Assembly (NCBI GenBank): GCA_034926675.1
Contig: JAYFQW010000081.1
Coordinates: 1-32,000 of the forward strand
Source: Clostridia bacterium
GTDB lineage: Bacteria; Bacillota; DTU025
DNA: 32,000 bases
Reading direction: 5' to 3'
Every line of letters begins with the position of its first letter. The stretch's first letter is position 1. Shown here piece after piece: positions 17,201-24,232 of the stretch. The position numbers and the translations under genes were made by a program. The notes under the pieces are model-generated. The model searched no databases. It saw only the letters and a list, made by a program, of their open reading frames with translations, and was not told the origin of the DNA.

Positions 17201-17535
17201 TGGTGCAGCCCAATCCGGATCTGGATTTCAAGGCCGCTGCGAGCTACAGTTTCATCACGGGGAAGCTTGCAAGGGTGGAATCCTCTGCGAACATGAAACT
17301 CAGCTCCGACTACCGGCTTGCTTGGGCAGCGGTGTATGATGTGGCCAAGGGCGGCCTGATCAGGGGAGATATCGGAGTGACCCGCGATCTGCACTGCAGG
17401 GAGATTTCGCTGCTGTACGAATACACATCCCGCAGAGTGTGGTTGGACTTCCGGATCAAGGCATTTCCAGGGCAATCCCTAGGTTTCGGGCTAGGAGAGG
17501 ATGGCGTGATCCTGAGCCAGCCCAGCCTGTTCTGA
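14257..17535 (+). CDS. Single 1092-aa ORF: LptF/LptG-family permease (aa 1 to about 355), internal signal-peptide-like segment, then LptD (OstA jellyroll plus beta-barrel)
   Basis: The N-terminus MRILDRYVIREFVGPFILSVSAFIIIMLSG and the 3+3 TM layout around a soluble domain indicate YjgP/YjgQ (LptF/G). RRRIPMAAILLGALLLVAIAPSAARA|ADFP spans nt 15352-15435. The OstA-like part is ITGDSAEFDLKDNIAVIRGNVVVIRNDEELRGDTVTYNVSTGDV. A beta-rich region of about 570 aa ends in SQPSLF. I verified from the DNA that no stop occurs between the modules. Confidence 0.8.
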   Translation: MRILDRYVIREFVGPFILSVSAFIIIMLSGQLFWLMDLIIQTHVPALAVMRMLLYSLPGIVAQVLPVAVLLAVMLGLGRLSRDSELSIMRAIGTPFARIVLPLIAVGAVVSGIGFWLGDSVVPWATHESENIVRQMILKDVMPNVEQDVFFKAPEGRFVYVGKADPASGLMERVMVYETNSGEFPRIVTAMSGRISGLSWLLTDGAIHQLDSRGRVSMSMSFESLDIKMDNTFDQFVANQKTPQEMSRRELKQNIDLFERSGIKVSGLRIDYHLKSAEPVAALVFAIIGAPLITKSPRRGGGYFGVVAAAVLALAYYVVQAIARSLASQGTVPPLLAAWFPNILFLAAGLAMLFSVDKVRGFRARRRIPMAAILLGALLLVAIAPSAARAADFPIDVRGTLLSFDGATGIWVISGQVKISFKDTKITGDSAEFDLKDNIAVIRGNVVVIRNDEELRGDTVTYNVSTGDVIAGNAWAKIRDEKVTGFLYMKGAELERKDSYVRLSDGAVTTCDLDNPHYKVVAERMEIYVDSRIVLHGVAYYEGKVKLLSLPHLTIPLKEDERFELPKIGYGAAEGWYIKTKFNYRINDDATGSLYADYYQLLGPAAGVSQRINLGKIGEFTGYLYGLWNINSDRLDTTVELTHAVSLPFDVSSKAELKFRDFTTSAGLPALERTYGLSLHRQASGSATALTWNTTQLESVSDTSNTTLILKHSSTLPQPLSVRLNADASFRRQTAGDSVVRNVLNYRVQADRAFGPITVTGLAQSQVVIDDDSSQDGSNAPPPPWKALQRLPEITVKADRLEIPNTPLRMGVKMVYGRYTEDAIRNGVRSDITAGKGEAELTLGMDSRKLTQGLSVDATARGVFSLYEGYGARGAAGYTIGAYVAPVQGSTLRITYNKTDVIGASPFMFDRMAETSRLAANLTAVKGPLRLTLSSGYDFRTHTYDSLTAAARVDLGGGIAADLSGSYSISTGKPTSLVGRVVVQPNPDLDFKAAASYSFITGKLARVESSANMKLSSDYRLAWAAVYDVAKGGLIRGDIGVTRDLHCREISLLYEYTSRRVWLDFRIKAFPGQSLGFGLGEDGVILSQPSLF

Positions 17536-17559
17536 TCATGGAGAAGGAGGCGGCCTGCT

Positions 17560-18237
17560 GTGAGCTTGAAGCTGGCCCGAACTGCAGCAGTCCTGGCGGC
17601 GGTCGCCATTGCCTGCGTGTATGTGTATGCGTTCGTGGTTCACAGGCCTTCACCCGCTCGTGATGGGCCAGATGTGAGCCAAGGCTTGATACGACCTGAC
17701 CTGGTCTTCAAGGGTGTTCAGGTTGAGGGCAGAGAGGCCGGCGAGCGGATCTGGACCTTGTCGGCAGCCAGGGTGGAGGCAGGTGCGCGGGGATCTCAGA
17801 CCAGGCTTGACGAAATCACTGAGGGCGAGCTATATCGGACGGGCGAGGCCCATTACGCTTTCAGTGCGGGCCGGGGTGTTCTGGACTCCTCTACTGGGAT
17901 GCTGAGCCTCATGGGTGGAGTCAAGGTGGGCAGCGGCGGACGCGACCTGCTTGAGGCTGATGAGGTGAGATGGGACCCTGCTAGATCCATGGTGATAGTG
18001 CCCGGCCCGGCGAGACTTCACACAGCCAATGGCGAGGCCGCCGCCTCCTCCCTTGAGATTGATGTCAGGTCCTCCGAGATACTCACACAGGGCGAGGTGC
18101 ATGTCGACGAGGGGAACTCGGGGCCGGGATCGGGAGTGACCATCAAGAGCGCCAAAATGCGTATCAACCCGGACACCGGGTCGGTAGAGGCAGAGGGCGC
18201 GACGGAGATCACATTCCGGGTGAGTTCTGATGAGTAG
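17560..18237 (+). CDS. lptC: LptC-like protein (N-terminal TM anchor plus beta-jellyroll)
   Basis: The SD GGAGAAGGAGG (17540-17550) lies 9 nt before GTG 17560. The TM is AAVLAAVAIACVYVYAFVV, followed by a repetitive beta pattern (WTLSAARVEA...AFSAGRGVLDSSTGMLSLMGGVKV...LEADEVRWDP). It sits between lptD and lptA. Confidence 0.7.
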   Translation: MSLKLARTAAVLAAVAIACVYVYAFVVHRPSPARDGPDVSQGLIRPDLVFKGVQVEGREAGERIWTLSAARVEAGARGSQTRLDEITEGELYRTGEAHYAFSAGRGVLDSSTGMLSLMGGVKVGSGGRDLLEADEVRWDPARSMVIVPGPARLHTANGEAAASSLEIDVRSSEILTQGEVHVDEGNSGPGSGVTIKSAKMRINPDTGSVEAEGATEITFRVSSDE

Positions 18238-18265
18238 AACTGGGATGAGAGGAGAGGCGAGCGAG

Positions 18266-18943
18266 ATGGCATGGCGCAGACTCGGGGGATTTCTGATGAT
18301 GGCGCTGCTCTGTGTGGTGGCGTCACTTCCCGCTGCTGCAGCTAACAAGGATGTCATAGTGCGGCTGGGGGACAGTGGGAGAACGACCTACCAGGGGGCA
18401 AATGGAGACACTGTGCTGGAGGGCGGTGTAAAGATCGAGTACGGCGACACTGTGATCACCGCCCAGCGAGCAGTTGTTAACATGGGAGCAGGTAAGGCGC
18501 ATCTCACAGGCGGCGTTACGCTGGTGCAGGGCGATGTCACACTCGGCTCCGACGCCATGGATGCTGACCTTAAGAAAGAGACCGCTGTGCTGACTGGAAA
18601 CGTGAAGCTTCAGAAGAAGGAGCAGCAGGCCGAGAAGGACTCATCCGGGAAGGCCAAGGTGTCGACGATCGTGATGACCTGTGCGTATCTGGACATCTCC
18701 ACTATCACTCAGGATTTCACTGCCACCGGGCCCGTGAGCATAACCGTGGATAAGCAGAAGGCGCAGTCTGCGAAGGCGACCTATTCCAACGCCCAGAAGG
18801 TCCTCGTGTTGACTGGTTCTGTGTTTATTCAGGGTGGAGACGGCGAGACCATCAAGTGTGATAAAGCCAGCCTACACACTGACAAAGAGGCAATTGAGGC
18901 CGAAGGCAAGGGAATGGAGATCACATTCGTGATCAAGGACTAG
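18266..18943 (+). CDS. lptA: LptA (OstA-like periplasmic LPS-bridge protein)
   Basis: The signal peptide is LGGFLMMALLCVVASLPAAAA. OstA-type repeats include VLEGGVKIEYGDTVITAQRAVVNMGAGKAHLTGGVTLVQGDVTLGSDAMDADLKKETAVLTGNVKL and AKATYSNAQKVLVLTGSVFIQGGDGETIKCDKASL. ATG 18266 has GAGAGGAGAGG 8 nt upstream. ATG 18230 (an ATGA-type overlap with the lptC end) is the alternative. Confidence 0.8.
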   Translation: MAWRRLGGFLMMALLCVVASLPAAAANKDVIVRLGDSGRTTYQGANGDTVLEGGVKIEYGDTVITAQRAVVNMGAGKAHLTGGVTLVQGDVTLGSDAMDADLKKETAVLTGNVKLQKKEQQAEKDSSGKAKVSTIVMTCAYLDISTITQDFTATGPVSITVDKQKAQSAKATYSNAQKVLVLTGSVFIQGGDGETIKCDKASLHTDKEAIEAEGKGMEITFVIKD

Positions 18944-19002
18944 CTCCTCGACTATCCTACCAGTAAACCAAGGAATTCCCCGACATACTAGTGGGGCGAA
19001 CA

Positions 19003-19011
19003 TGCTATAAT
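19003..19011 (+). promoter_or_regulatory. Extended -10 promoter element TGCTATAAT upstream of the ABC-module membrane protein
   Basis: This is an exact TGnTATAAT match in the 93-bp gap after lptA. No convincing -35 is present (best is CCGACA, 20 nt upstream). If it is used, the transcript starts near 19018, which favours ATG 19037 over GTG 19016 as the start codon. Confidence 0.35.
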
Positions 19012-19036
19012 CTCCGTGAATAGGGGGTTTAGCTGC

Positions 19037-21253
19037 ATGTTCGCCCTTTTGCGCGATGGGTTCGTCCGAGACGTGATCGCCGCAGTCCTTGTGACGATCA
19101 TTGTCGGGTCCGGCGCAGTGCTTGCTGTATCGAACGGCGCAGACCGGTTCTTCGGCCGCGCAGTCTCGGGCGTCCTCGGCGAAGATGGGGAGTACGACAT
19201 GGTTGTCCATGTAAGGGCCGAGGTCCGGCGTGAGGCTGCCCGCGCAATTGAATCTGACATCCCCCGGGAACTGCCGGGAGCGCGGGTGAAAGAGGGTGTG
19301 ACAGTCCTGTCGCGCTCGAATTTTCTTGTGGCGCTGCCGGAAAAGAATGCCGAATCATTTGATCGGCTCGTCCGCGTCGCAGCGGAAATCCCGGGATACG
19401 TTGGGTACACAGTAGTGATGGAGCCGAAGATCACAGTGAGCGGAGTGGGGCCTGGGGTGGCTCCCTTGATCACTCCTGAGCTTGAGAAGATCGATGGGGT
19501 CCTGTTCACTGTGCAAGCAGGCGGCGAGATCCATCTTGTGTGCGATTCGCCCGAGTCGGCTCAGTCGGCTGGCCGGACAGCGGAGGCGCTCCTCAGCAGG
19601 CGACAAGTGGTCGACATCAGAATGGCCCCGGGGAGCGAGGCGCTCCTCCCGGGCAGTCCAGCCCGGAGTGGACTTCTGGATGGGATCAGGCGCGGCGCGT
19701 CCAGTGGCGCGTCCAGTGGAACACATCACGGACTGTCAGATGCGGAGGTGCACGACGTCACGCCCGATGCAGCCATAGACGACTCGTCCAGATTAGCATC
19801 TACTCTTCAGAAGATGCGGGGGTTCCTGGAAACGTGGGGCCCAAAGGCAACTGAGTTCTCATCATCTCTTGACGAGGCAGAACAACTGCTTTCTGACTTC
19901 CACAGGGCGGTGCAGGGTGCACTGGTTGCAGCCGAGAGCTCTGAGAAGGCGCTGGCCGAGTATGAGAAGGCCCTGGATTCCCTGATCAGCCTGCAGCGTG
20001 CACTTGAAAGGATCGGTGTCGGCGAGCCCAGTCCGCTCCGGATCGACCCGGAGGCCATTGATTCACTTGTGGAACTGACCGACAAGGCCATTGCGGAGAT
20101 CGCGAGGCTACGCGAGACTGCGGAGGCAGTATCCCTGTTCACCACGAGGTACGATCCTCTGATGGGCAACCTGAAGCTGTGGGAGGGCAGGCTCGATTCC
20201 TTCGCGCGGAAGCTCGAGTTGATCCGCTCTGCGGCAAATGGCGCCGGAGGAGTGGCGGCCGTCCTGAACGACATGTCGACGGCTGCATCTGGGATTCTCA
20301 GGACATTGCAGGAGCTTGATGCAACGGGCCTTCGGCATAAGGTGGAGGCGGCGCGAGAAGACCTCTCTGTGGCCTCTGCGGTGGACGTAGAATCGATAGC
20401 CGCGAAGGTGAGAGAGATGAGAGACTCCATCCCAAAGCTATCTCCCGATGAAGCTGATGGCTCGATTCAGCTCATAGATAAGCTAGTGGAGGAGCAGCGG
20501 GAATTTGTTGGCAGGCTTCAGATTCTTGTGATCTCGGACGTCTCATCGAAGGAATTGACCAAGCTCTCCCGGCTTGCGGCGGGCCCATCGGCGGCAGCAT
20601 CCTATGCGTTGCCAGCAGGGGTAGTTCAGCCGGGAGTGAGATCCGAAGTCCGAACGCTCCTAGGCTCAGTGAGGAGCACAGTGGCTGGAATGACAGCTCT
20701 GGGAATCACCATTATGTCCCTGGTGTTCGACCACGCGGCGATCATATCCACGGCTGCGCACATGGGAGACCGACGGCGCGGGAGGCCGGCGCCGGGAGTG
20801 GCGGGCTGTCTGTACGGCGCCACGATCGGCGGCGTGACCCTGTGGGCCATCTCATTCATCGCCGGCGCTTCCGTAGCATCCCTGGGGCGACCTGCTCTTG
20901 CCGTTGTCGGAATGGCGACCGGTGCGACGGTGGCGATGATGGCGATGCGCGTATCCCCGGTGAACGCGGACGAGATCGAGGCCTGCGCAGCACTGGGCAT
21001 GAACCCCTCCGCGATTCTGCGCGAGGTAATCCTCCCAGCAGGCAAGCCGGGCGTTATCTCCCTTCTGAACAGGTCGCAGCTGGTATTCGCAGGATCCTTC
21101 CCCGACGGATTTGTGCAGAGTATAGGCGGCGTGGACGATGAGGGAGCAGTGGATCAAACTGGATGGGAGGTGGACACTGATGCTCAGCATGCGCCGACTG
21201 ACGCGCTCCTTCGGCCATCGGATAGCGCTCGCAAGCTTCAGCATGGATGTTGA
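19037..21253 (+). CDS. Uncharacterised 4-TM envelope protein: large periplasmic alpha/beta plus coiled-coil domain and a truncated ABC-permease-like C-terminus with an EAA coupling motif
   Basis: TM1 is VIAAVLVTIIVGSGAVLAV. About 550 non-membrane residues follow, including a long helical A/E/L/R-rich stretch. Then come three TMs: AGMTALGITIMSLVF, VAGCLYGATIGGVTLWAISFIAG and ALAVVGMATGATVAMMAM. Next is EIEACAALGMNPSAILREVILPAGKP, which fits EAA-x3-G-x9-I-x-LP. AGGGGG lies 8 nt before ATG 19037. Confidence 0.6.
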   Translation: MFALLRDGFVRDVIAAVLVTIIVGSGAVLAVSNGADRFFGRAVSGVLGEDGEYDMVVHVRAEVRREAARAIESDIPRELPGARVKEGVTVLSRSNFLVALPEKNAESFDRLVRVAAEIPGYVGYTVVMEPKITVSGVGPGVAPLITPELEKIDGVLFTVQAGGEIHLVCDSPESAQSAGRTAEALLSRRQVVDIRMAPGSEALLPGSPARSGLLDGIRRGASSGASSGTHHGLSDAEVHDVTPDAAIDDSSRLASTLQKMRGFLETWGPKATEFSSSLDEAEQLLSDFHRAVQGALVAAESSEKALAEYEKALDSLISLQRALERIGVGEPSPLRIDPEAIDSLVELTDKAIAEIARLRETAEAVSLFTTRYDPLMGNLKLWEGRLDSFARKLELIRSAANGAGGVAAVLNDMSTAASGILRTLQELDATGLRHKVEAAREDLSVASAVDVESIAAKVREMRDSIPKLSPDEADGSIQLIDKLVEEQREFVGRLQILVISDVSSKELTKLSRLAAGPSAAASYALPAGVVQPGVRSEVRTLLGSVRSTVAGMTALGITIMSLVFDHAAIISTAAHMGDRRRGRPAPGVAGCLYGATIGGVTLWAISFIAGASVASLGRPALAVVGMATGATVAMMAMRVSPVNADEIEACAALGMNPSAILREVILPAGKPGVISLLNRSQLVFAGSFPDGFVQSIGGVDDEGAVDQTGWEVDTDAQHAPTDALLRPSDSARKLQHGC

Positions 21254-21920
21254 AGAAGGTCAGACAGCTGTGATCATGGGGCCATCAGGCTGTGGGAAAT
21301 CCACGGTTCTCAGGAGCATCATCGCGCTTTCACGACCGGACTCAGGCGAGATACTGTGGCAGGGCAATTCGGTGCTGGATATGTCAGAGTCGGAACTCCG
21401 CCAGTTCCGGAGAAAGACCGGGTTCGTGTTTCAGCGGTCCAACCTCATAGGCAGGCTGAATGTGCTTCAGAACGTGATGCTTCCCGCCGTGATGGCTGGG
21501 ACCGGCATAGATGTGGCCCAATCATGGGCGATCGCGGCTCTGGAAGGAGTGGGTATGGAAGACCGCTCGTCAGCAAAGGTGACCGAGCTGTCAGGCGGAG
21601 AAATGCAGCGGGTGGCCATAGCCCGCGCGATTTCAGGCCGACCCAGATTGGTGCTGTGGGATGAACCCACTGCCTCTCTTGATCCCATCCTGGTAGTTGA
21701 CACGCTGAAGCTTATCGAGGGGCTGATAGATCGCCTGGAGGTGACCATGGTGGTAGTTACGCACGAAGTCAGCTTCGCTCGCCGAGTTGCCGACAGGGTC
21801 ATCTTGATGGAGCACGGCGCCGTAGTGGAGGAGGGTCCGCCCGACAAGGTTCTGGTGTCGCCCGAATCCCGACTTGGTGCGAGGTACGCTGGCTGCCTAT
21901 CTTACCTCGAGGGGCAATAG
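21180..21920 (+). CDS. ABC transporter ATP-binding protein (importer/PhnC-GlnQ-like flavour), partner of the preceding membrane protein
   Basis: Motifs present are Walker A GPSGCGKST, Q-loop FVFQRSNL, signature LSGGEMQRVAIARA, Walker B LVLWDEPTASLDP and H-loop VVVTHE. The SD GGGAGG (21165-21170) lies 9 nt before ATG 21180. The gene overlaps the upstream ORF by 74 nt. Confidence 0.85.
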   Translation: MLSMRRLTRSFGHRIALASFSMDVEEGQTAVIMGPSGCGKSTVLRSIIALSRPDSGEILWQGNSVLDMSESELRQFRRKTGFVFQRSNLIGRLNVLQNVMLPAVMAGTGIDVAQSWAIAALEGVGMEDRSSAKVTELSGGEMQRVAIARAISGRPRLVLWDEPTASLDPILVVDTLKLIEGLIDRLEVTMVVVTHEVSFARRVADRVILMEHGAVVEEGPPDKVLVSPESRLGARYAGCLSYLEGQ

Positions 21921-21980
21921 AAGGAGAACGCGCTGGGCTGTAGAAATCCTCGTGTGCATGGGTATGGAGTGTGACGCGCA

Positions 21981-23255
21981 GTGGATATGATCTTGGTGGC
22001 AGGCGGACCCGGAGATACGCTGGGACTCGCCAGGCCTGCAGTGGAGATGGTGCGTAGAGCCTATCCTGCGGCTGATGTGTGGGTTTTCGTTGCGCCCGTC
22101 TCACGCGCCACCGGGCGAGAGGCACGGGTCGCATCGTCGTTTCCGGGGGTGAGGCGTGCTGTGCCGCCTTCGGAGTTCGTGAGATATCTCGCCACTGGAA
22201 TCCGGCCACCGGGTTTCGCGGCATCTGGGTCAGGAGTCGTAGTTCACCTCGGAGGCGGCATGACTTGGGCCGCCTGCCTGAGCAGGCGACTTCACTATCC
22301 GTTGGTTACATATTGCTCAAAGGCGATCCCTCCAGCTAGATCCGTAGCTCTGTATCTAGTTGAGGATGAACGGGCACAGGCCTCTCTCATCGCGAGTGGG
22401 GCTCCTGCTGAAAAGGTGCGGCCCGTTGGCAACCTCACTGCAGACAGCGCGGCGTTGAGTGTAAGCCGGAATGAGGCCAGAGCCCGGTTGGGAATTGGCG
22501 AGGACGATCGCCTCGTCGGGCTATATCCTGGGCTTCGGCCATCAGAGGTTTCCGCTATGGCGCCCTTCCTCTTCAGGACTGCAGAGCTCCTCTCCAGGGT
22601 TGAGCGGGGTGTGAAGTTCATCATGCCCCTCTCCCCTTTCGTGGGCACATCATCTCTGGAGCGGCTTTTTGCCATTCCGCGGGGCAAATCCAGGCCTGAG
22701 AGATCCTCTGCAGTGGTAGAGAAGAATGCTGGCCCCATTGAGGCCGTAACATCAGAGGGAATCAGGGTGCGCATCGAGACATCCGCGCGGCAGGAAACCA
22801 CAATTGCCTCGGATCTGGCCATCTGCACACCAGGTCCCATCTGCACTGAACTCGCAGCCAACGGTGTCGCCTATGTCGCGGTTATCCCCTCCAATCTTCC
22901 TCACGCTATGACACTCGGTGGGCTTGGGGGCCTTCTGTCGTCAGTCCCTCTCATCGGCGACGCCATTAGGAGCAGCGCGTACAAGCATGCCGCTGCTTCG
23001 TCGAAGTTCTTCACCATTCCGAACATCAAGGCCGGACGCATGGTGACTCCGGAGGTGGCCGGGGAGATAGGGCCCGAAGACGTAGCGATACCCTCTGTTG
23101 GGCTTCTCGGCGATCCTGCGCGTCGCGACAAGATCGGCCGCGAGCTGAGGGAGGCCGTGGGCGGCCCTGGCGCCTCTGGCAGATTCGCCAATCAGATTCA
23201 TCTCATCACTGGTCCGAGCTCACCGGCCAGTCTAGCTGGCCCAGGCCAGGGCTAG
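21981..23255 (+). CDS. LpxB-like glycosyltransferase (GT19 lipid-A-disaccharide synthase-related), divergent
   Basis: The N-terminal ILVAGGPGDTLGLARPAVEMVR resembles the LpxB AGEASGDxxGA motif. The C-terminal FFTIPNIKAGRMVTPEVAGEIGPEDVA...GGPGASGRFANQI resembles the LpxB NIxAGRxxxPEL...GAsxRAA region. The assignment is from memory of the family and is not verified. Confidence 0.55.
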   Translation: MDMILVAGGPGDTLGLARPAVEMVRRAYPAADVWVFVAPVSRATGREARVASSFPGVRRAVPPSEFVRYLATGIRPPGFAASGSGVVVHLGGGMTWAACLSRRLHYPLVTYCSKAIPPARSVALYLVEDERAQASLIASGAPAEKVRPVGNLTADSAALSVSRNEARARLGIGEDDRLVGLYPGLRPSEVSAMAPFLFRTAELLSRVERGVKFIMPLSPFVGTSSLERLFAIPRGKSRPERSSAVVEKNAGPIEAVTSEGIRVRIETSARQETTIASDLAICTPGPICTELAANGVAYVAVIPSNLPHAMTLGGLGGLLSSVPLIGDAIRSSAYKHAAASSKFFTIPNIKAGRMVTPEVAGEIGPEDVAIPSVGLLGDPARRDKIGRELREAVGGPGASGRFANQIHLITGPSSPASLAGPGQG

Positions 23256-23484
23256 GCCGCATATATCCAACCCCATCCCGCTTACAAGACTCATCCCAGG
23301 AAACCCCGGGCATGTTCCAGGCCTGCTTGTGCAGGTGAGACCTGTTCATCTGTCGAAAGAGATCATAACATGGCCGGATTGCGCGCTCCACGAGGGAACC
23401 AAACTGCACCTATTAGCGTCATTACATGGGGCGAATGGCGATATCTGCACGGAGCAGGTCACAGCCGGTGGGAGTGTTCGGCAT

Positions 23485-24204
23485 TTGGGCATTCGCGGTG
23501 ATCAGCTGGTCAAGGCGTATGGCCGTCGCCGGGTCGTCGACGGCGCCAGTATAGCGCTTGAGCGCGGTGAGGTCGTCGGCCTCCTCGGACCGAACGGCGC
23601 TGGCAAGACCACTACCTTCTACATGATAGTCGGCCTTGAGTCGCCTGATTCCGGTTCTGTTGCAATCGATGGGGTAGATGTGACCGACTGCCCTGTCTGG
23701 AGGCGAGCGAGGCTCGGATTGGGCTATCTCGCGCAGGAACCGTCGGTGTTTCGCGGGCTCTCGGTGGAGAGCAATCTTCGAGCAGTTCTCCAGTTGGCGG
23801 GGGTTGCTCGAACTCAGGAAAGCGCAGATTTGGAGCGCCTGCTCTCCAACTTCGATCTGGCGAGGATACGGCGGCAGACTGGCTTGACCCTCTCGGGCGG
23901 AGAGAGAAGACGGGTGGAGATCGCGCGGGCGCTGGCCGCGTCTCCGTCATACATCCTTCTCGATGAGCCATTCACTGGCATTGATCCGATAGCAGTCGGA
24001 GAAATCCAGGAGATTGTAGGTAGGCTCAAACGCGCGGGCTTGGGTGTGCTGATCACCGACCACAACGTCCGCGACACGCTGGCCATAGTGGATCGTGCTT
24101 ACATAATGCACGAGGGCCGGATACTTGTTTCGGGATCTGCACGCGAAATCCTCAACGATCCGACTGCGAGACGGCTCTATCTGGGCGAACGGTTCACGCT
24201 TTAG
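23485..24204 (+). CDS. lptB: LPS export ABC transporter ATP-binding protein LptB
   Basis: LVKAYGRRRVVDGASIALERGEVVGLLGPNGAGKTTTFYMIVGL, GLGYLAQEPSVFRGLSVESNL, LSGGERRRVEIARALAASPSYILLDEPFTGIDPIAV, ITDHNVRDTL and the C-terminal ARRLYLGERFTL are all LptB hallmarks. I propose the start at TTG 23485 (GGTGGGAG upstream). The ORF-track GTG 23329 would add 52 residues that do not resemble LptB. Confidence 0.9.
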   Translation: MGIRGDQLVKAYGRRRVVDGASIALERGEVVGLLGPNGAGKTTTFYMIVGLESPDSGSVAIDGVDVTDCPVWRRARLGLGYLAQEPSVFRGLSVESNLRAVLQLAGVARTQESADLERLLSNFDLARIRRQTGLTLSGGERRRVEIARALAASPSYILLDEPFTGIDPIAVGEIQEIVGRLKRAGLGVLITDHNVRDTLAIVDRAYIMHEGRILVSGSAREILNDPTARRLYLGERFTL

Positions 24205-24232
24205 ATCTAGCCCTGCCCGGGAGGGTTGCTAA

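Noticed and set aside
15364-17535. Treating lptD as an independently initiated gene nested in frame within the long ORF
   Set aside because: No stop precedes ATG 15364 in the sequence as given, and there is no SD-like element upstream (GCGGCGGCGCATTCCG). I report the single ORF and flag the homopolymer caveat instead.
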